Below, one piece after another: positions 29,045 to 32,709 of a DNA stretch of 32,709 bases. A model generated the notes under the pieces. The model had not been told where the DNA came from. It was given only the letters and a program-made list of their open reading frames with translations, and did no database searches. Source of the stretch: Phycisphaerales bacterium (lineage in GTDB: Bacteria > Planctomycetota > Phycisphaerae > WQYP01); NCBI GenBank assembly GCA_027451365.1, contig DAIDJN010000083.1:1-32709 (forward strand). The letters run 5' to 3'. The translations under genes and the position numbers were made by a program. Numbering within the stretch: position 1 is the first letter of the stretch; each line of letters begins with the position of its first letter.

Positions 29045-29446
29045 TCAGAATTCATAGGCCCCAGGCAAATGCGTCATTTGCCAGATCAGGATTATCCACC
29101 CCATCGCAAGAATCAATACCGGGACAGCCTGTTCGCTCCCCTTCCGTGAGGCTCGCATGATGCGCAAAATGCTGACCAGTGTCGTCCCAGTTAGCATGGT
29201 CGCCGCCACCAGAAAAAATAACCCCGAATCGGCTGCGTGCAGGAACTCATGCCACAATCCAATTTCGTTTGGCCAGCGCATCGGAATGGCACCCTCGGTC
29301 GAAACGTTGGGATATTGCGTTTGGAAATAATGCCGCAATCGATCAACCCGGTCTGAACAAATCAACAGAGCCGACCACGCAAAAACCGCCGCCGTCGCAA
29401 TGGCGGCAATAAAGGAATCATACCTTCCATCTGATTTACTACCCAT
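29045..29446 (-). CDS. Hypothetical membrane protein
   Basis: 133 aa with three hydrophobic segments, co-oriented with neighbours. Confidence 0.6.
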   Translation of the reverse strand: MGSKSDGRYDSFIAAIATAAVFAWSALLICSDRVDRLRHYFQTQYPNVSTEGAIPMRWPNEIGLWHEFLHAADSGLFFLVAATMLTGTTLVSILRIMRASRKGSEQAVPVLILAMGWIILIWQMTHLPGAYEF

Positions 29447-29760
29447 TGTTTAACCCCCGTTAGTCCAAATTGGAATAGGTACGTCGCCACGTCGCGGCGA
29501 TAGGTTGGCCAAAACAACACGAACGGCTGGTGTCATTTTAGTGGCGCAGGGCCGTACCGCCACATCGCGGCTGCTTTGTCCGCCCTTCACCATTACATTG
29601 TACGCCCAAAACCCTGGCCCGCAGAAAAGCCCCACGCGTCCTCACCAACGCCGCTTCCATCCCCGGCCCCAAAATGCCCAGATGCTGCCCTGTGGCGTAA
29701 ATCGGCGTGTTGCCGGCGAAGGAAAAGAAATAGGCCGCCATTTTAAGGTAGAATATATTA

Positions 29761-30924
29761 TTAAAGATGATTTAAGTGGTTATGGATTAATGCGGCCGAG
29801 ACCGCGTCGCAGGCTTTGGCAGCTTGAATGCCGCCTTGATTGCAGTTAACCAATATGGCAAAGTTGCGCCGTGGTGCCAACCACGCAGTGCAGTACCACA
29901 GCGTGTTGCTGCCGCTATGTGTCAGCACTGTACCGCCGCCCCATGAACGCTTCACCACTTCCCAACCCATGGCATAATTAGGTTCCGGCGGTTTACCCAT
30001 CACAGGCGTGTGCAAACGGATAAATTCACTGGCCGGCAACAAATCGGGGTGTGCGCGCCCCATCGTCAGATGCAATGCGATAAATTTTGCCCAGTCATCG
30101 ATGGACGCATGCACTGTGCCCGCGGGCCCCAAGGCGGGTGGGTTGTCATCGCCAGGGCCTAAGGGAACTGGCCGCCCCGCGGCATCATGTCCTCTTGGCT
30201 CATCAAGTTTGCCATGCACCCCCGGCGCTCCGAAACCCGCACTGGCCATTCCCAGCGGAAGAAAAATGTGAGTCTTCATCAGCTTTTCCCAGACCACACC
30301 GGTGACACGTTCCGCGATATGGCCGGCGATCACATATCCCACATTGGAATATATAAACCGCGAGCCGGGGGCTGCCTGCGGCACACGCGTTAAAATCCAT
30401 CGTGTTATTTCCTGTCGGACATTGATAAGATTCTGGGTCGGCTTTTGAACACGGTTCCACACCCAGCCTGCCGCGCCTTCACCGGGACAGCCGGCCCGCA
30501 TGGTTAATAATTGCAAGATCGTCACCGTTCGATAGGCCGGATTCATGGTAACTTTAAGCTCGGGGAATATTTTGCCCAGGGTGCTGTTCCAATCAATTTT
30601 GCCTTGCGAAACAAGCGTGGCACAGAGGGTCGCGGTCATGGCCTTGGTATCCGACCCCAGATGCCATTGATCGTGAAGCGCCGCTCTGGCATGTCGTCCG
30701 CGCTCCCGCACGCCGGTTACGCCTTGAGCTTCCACCTCTGTTCCATGAAGGATAAGCCCCGCCATGGCGGGCATGTTAAAGTTTGTACAAATACGCCTGA
30801 TAATCGGGCTGATATCCCGCGTAGGCTTCGGCACGGCAGCTTTAATGCCCGCCGCCGCCACCGAAAACGCGCTGGCGGATTTCATAAAGTCGCGACGGTG
30901 CAAATAAGGCACCCTGATACTCAT
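29761..30924 (-). CDS. Tat-exported serine hydrolase, beta-lactamase class C/AmpC-like superfamily
   Basis: Twin-arginine HRRDFMK, SDTK (SxxK), YSN, HSGS motifs. ATG 30924 follows AAGGAG. Confidence 0.9.
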   Translation of the reverse strand: MSIRVPYLHRRDFMKSASAFSVAAAGIKAAVPKPTRDISPIIRRICTNFNMPAMAGLILHGTEVEAQGVTGVRERGRHARAALHDQWHLGSDTKAMTATLCATLVSQGKIDWNSTLGKIFPELKVTMNPAYRTVTILQLLTMRAGCPGEGAAGWVWNRVQKPTQNLINVRQEITRWILTRVPQAAPGSRFIYSNVGYVIAGHIAERVTGVVWEKLMKTHIFLPLGMASAGFGAPGVHGKLDEPRGHDAAGRPVPLGPGDDNPPALGPAGTVHASIDDWAKFIALHLTMGRAHPDLLPASEFIRLHTPVMGKPPEPNYAMGWEVVKRSWGGGTVLTHSGSNTLWYCTAWLAPRRNFAILVNCNQGGIQAAKACDAVSAALIHNHLNHL

Positions 30925-31514
30925 GACGCTATGCTCCTTGAATCGCCGATTCTTTATCAATATTCTTGATTCTTGTTTTCCGGTTTTTCCAGCGGGTCAA
31001 GGGCTTTCCTGGCGGCGCGGTTGGCCTGAGCCGTTTTGGGCCGTTCGCGGAACTGCTCCGGAATCGCTATTACGCCTTAATCCGCATATTTTGGCCGCCG
31101 CTCGGAATATTGGCAGATACTGTTTCCTCCGGCATGGTATCCCTTTCGGTACGTGCGTTGCTTCCCGCCCATTTACCAGGGGCCGCACGATCCTTGAGCC
31201 GATGGCTTCGCCCGCTGACAGGCATCGTGCAGGAATCGGTACTGAATGGCCTCGGCGGACGGCGCAGCCGACCGCGTCACCATCATATCAGTATACGCCA
31301 CGAATATCCCGTCAGTAGGCACGGAATCAACAGCTAAATTCAGTGAAACACATGCCGCAGGTCAAAACACCTGGGAAAATCACTTTGGGGGTCAGGCGTC
31401 TTGCCTGAAAAGAAACAGCCAGGGGCCGTGCTCACCGCCCAGCACACCGGGTAACCCATAACCGCAAGCCAATGATCATCACCACGAAACAAAGGCGCAC
31501 CGGAATAAACCGAT

Positions 31515-31541
31515 CCACAGATTCCACAGATTCCACAGATT
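31515..31541. repeat. 9-bp microsatellite (CCACAGATT)x3 in unit 1
   Basis: Read directly from the sequence. Confidence 0.95.
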
Positions 31542-31851
31542 TTGTTTCCATGCGCAAATTGGCGGGAGTTCTATTTTTCCGTTCATAGATCGTTGTTAGT
31601 TGTAAAAGACCACAGCGGAGGCGGATAAACTGTCATACCAGTATCCGCCACGAATATCCCGTCAGAAGGCACGGAATCAGCAGCTAAATTCGGTGAAACA
31701 CATGCCGCAGGTCAAAACACCGTGGGGGTCGGGCGTCTCGCCCGAAAAGAAACAGCCAGGGGCCGTGTTCACCGCCCAGGACGCCGGGTAACCCATAACC
31801 GCAAGCCAATGATCATCATCACGAAACAAAGGCGCACCGGAATAAACCGAT

Positions 31852-31887
31852 CCACAGATTCCACAGATTCCACAGATTCCACAGATT
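31852..31887. repeat. 9-bp microsatellite (CCACAGATT)x4 in unit 2
   Basis: Read directly from the sequence. Confidence 0.95.
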
Positions 31888-32196
31888 TTGTTTCCATGAG
31901 CAAATTGGCGGGAGTTCGATTTTTCCATTCGTTGATCGTGGTTTGTTGTAAAAGACCACAGCGGAGGCGGATAAACTGTCACACCAATAGCCGCCACCAA
32001 TGCCCCGTCAGAAGGCACGGAATCAACGGCTAAATTCAGTGAAACACATACCGCAGACCAAAATAACTTGGGGGTCGGGCGTCTCGCCCGAAAAGAAGCA
32101 GCGAGGGCCGCGCTCACCGCCCAGGACGCTGGATATCGTATAACCGGAAGCCATTGATCATCACCACGACACAAAGGCACGCCGAAATAAACCAAT

Positions 32197-32223
32197 CCAC
32201 AGATTTCACAGATTCCACAGATT
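32197..32223. repeat. 9-bp microsatellite x3 in unit 3 (middle copy TCACAGATT)
   Basis: Read directly from the sequence. Confidence 0.95.
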
Positions 32224-32709
32224 TTGTTTCCACGAGCAAATTGGCGGGAGTTCTATTTTTCTGTTCGTTGATCGCCGTTAGTTGTAAAAGACCACGGCGG
32301 AGGCGGATAAACTGTCATACCAGTATACGCCACCACTAGCCCGTCAGAAGGCAGGGAATCAGCAGCTAATATTCGGCAAAATCCATGCCGCAGGCCAAAC
32401 CACCGTGGGGGTCGGGCGTCTCGCCCGAAATGTAGCAGCCAGGATGGCCCTCACCCTGCAATAAAGCCTTCAAATTTTGGCCGTCGGAGGTATAGAATAT
32501 GTAAGTTAATAACTGGCCGGTTTTGACCGCCCGCCGACAAAAGCTGGCGGTTATGGCGTTGGTTCGGACGTAACTGTTTACCGCTCCGCGACACGGGCGG
32601 GCAAGCTCAGGACGAATCGACCAGAATGTCTGTCAGCAGGCCGGGATTTTTTCCGGCCCATGCATTCATGAGAAGCGTCCTGATCGTTTCAAACAGTGGC
32701 CGATTCTGC

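Larger units (their letters stand above)
31283..32455. repeat. Tandem array of ~340-350 bp composite units (three complete, one partial)
   Basis: Units begin TCA(T/C)A(T/C)CA at 31283, 31633, 31979 and 32315, giving lengths of 350, 346 and 336 bp plus ~140 bp. They align end to end. Confidence 0.97.

Noticed and set aside
28000..29760. Integron gene cassettes for the two hypothetical membrane genes
   Set aside because: No RYYYAAC...GTTRRRY attC structures were found after either gene and there is no integrase.
30923..31337. ORFs 30923-31318 and 30966-31337 as real genes
   Set aside because: No recognisable motifs or RBS; they overlap the serine hydrolase start region and/or run into the repeat array.
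31677..32339. ORFs within the array (172 aa ICGICGICG ORF; 103 and 61 aa STDSTD ORFs) as metal-binding or RiPP precursor peptides
   Set aside because: The motifs are translations of the 9-bp microsatellite. Start and stop codons differ between units (unit 1 stops early at TAG), many substitutions change amino acids, and no RBS is evident. Translation cannot be fully excluded.
31283..32455. CRISPR array or similar repeat-spacer guide array
   Set aside because: Units are ~345 bp and homologous along their whole length, with no unique spacers and no cas genes in the window.
32460..32709. Start of a gene or RNA at the right edge (TAGAAT near 32493, hairpin GGCCGGGA-TTTT-TTCCGGCC near 32639-32658, ATG near 32667)
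   Set aside because: Too little sequence to support a call; it needs the adjacent window.

Overview
Bacterial chromosomal window made up mostly of housekeeping genes. Gene content suggests Planctomycetota, probably Phycisphaerae-like; this is inference from rpsP-trmD-rplS without rimM, a partial dcw cluster with a divergent FtsL-like gene, a UvrC without HhH, and a site-2 protease with a DUF6576-like tail. Left to right: the 3' end and terminal repeat of an IS5-family element (not in the ORF track), M50 protease, Nudix hydrolase, uvrC, lpxB, a PilZ protein, sixA, an SDR, rpsP-trmD-rplS, a three-gene NitT/TauT-type ABC transporter with no binding protein, sppA, ftsL-like/PBP/murE/murF/mraY, beta carbonic anhydrase, an SH3b protein, a YmdB-like phosphoesterase, a methyltransferase, an MlaD protein, two membrane hypotheticals and a Tat-exported serine hydrolase. 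The least explained feature is a ~1.17 kb tandem array at 31283-32455 of ~340-350 bp composite units. Each unit carries a REP-like hairpin that shows a compensatory base-pair change, and each complete unit carries a variable-number 9-bp microsatellite. Also notable: lpxB appears to need a non-canonical ATT/CTG start, and the ABC ATPase's AAA-associated domain is encoded as a separate gene. All calls come from reading the sequence by eye; no database searches were run.
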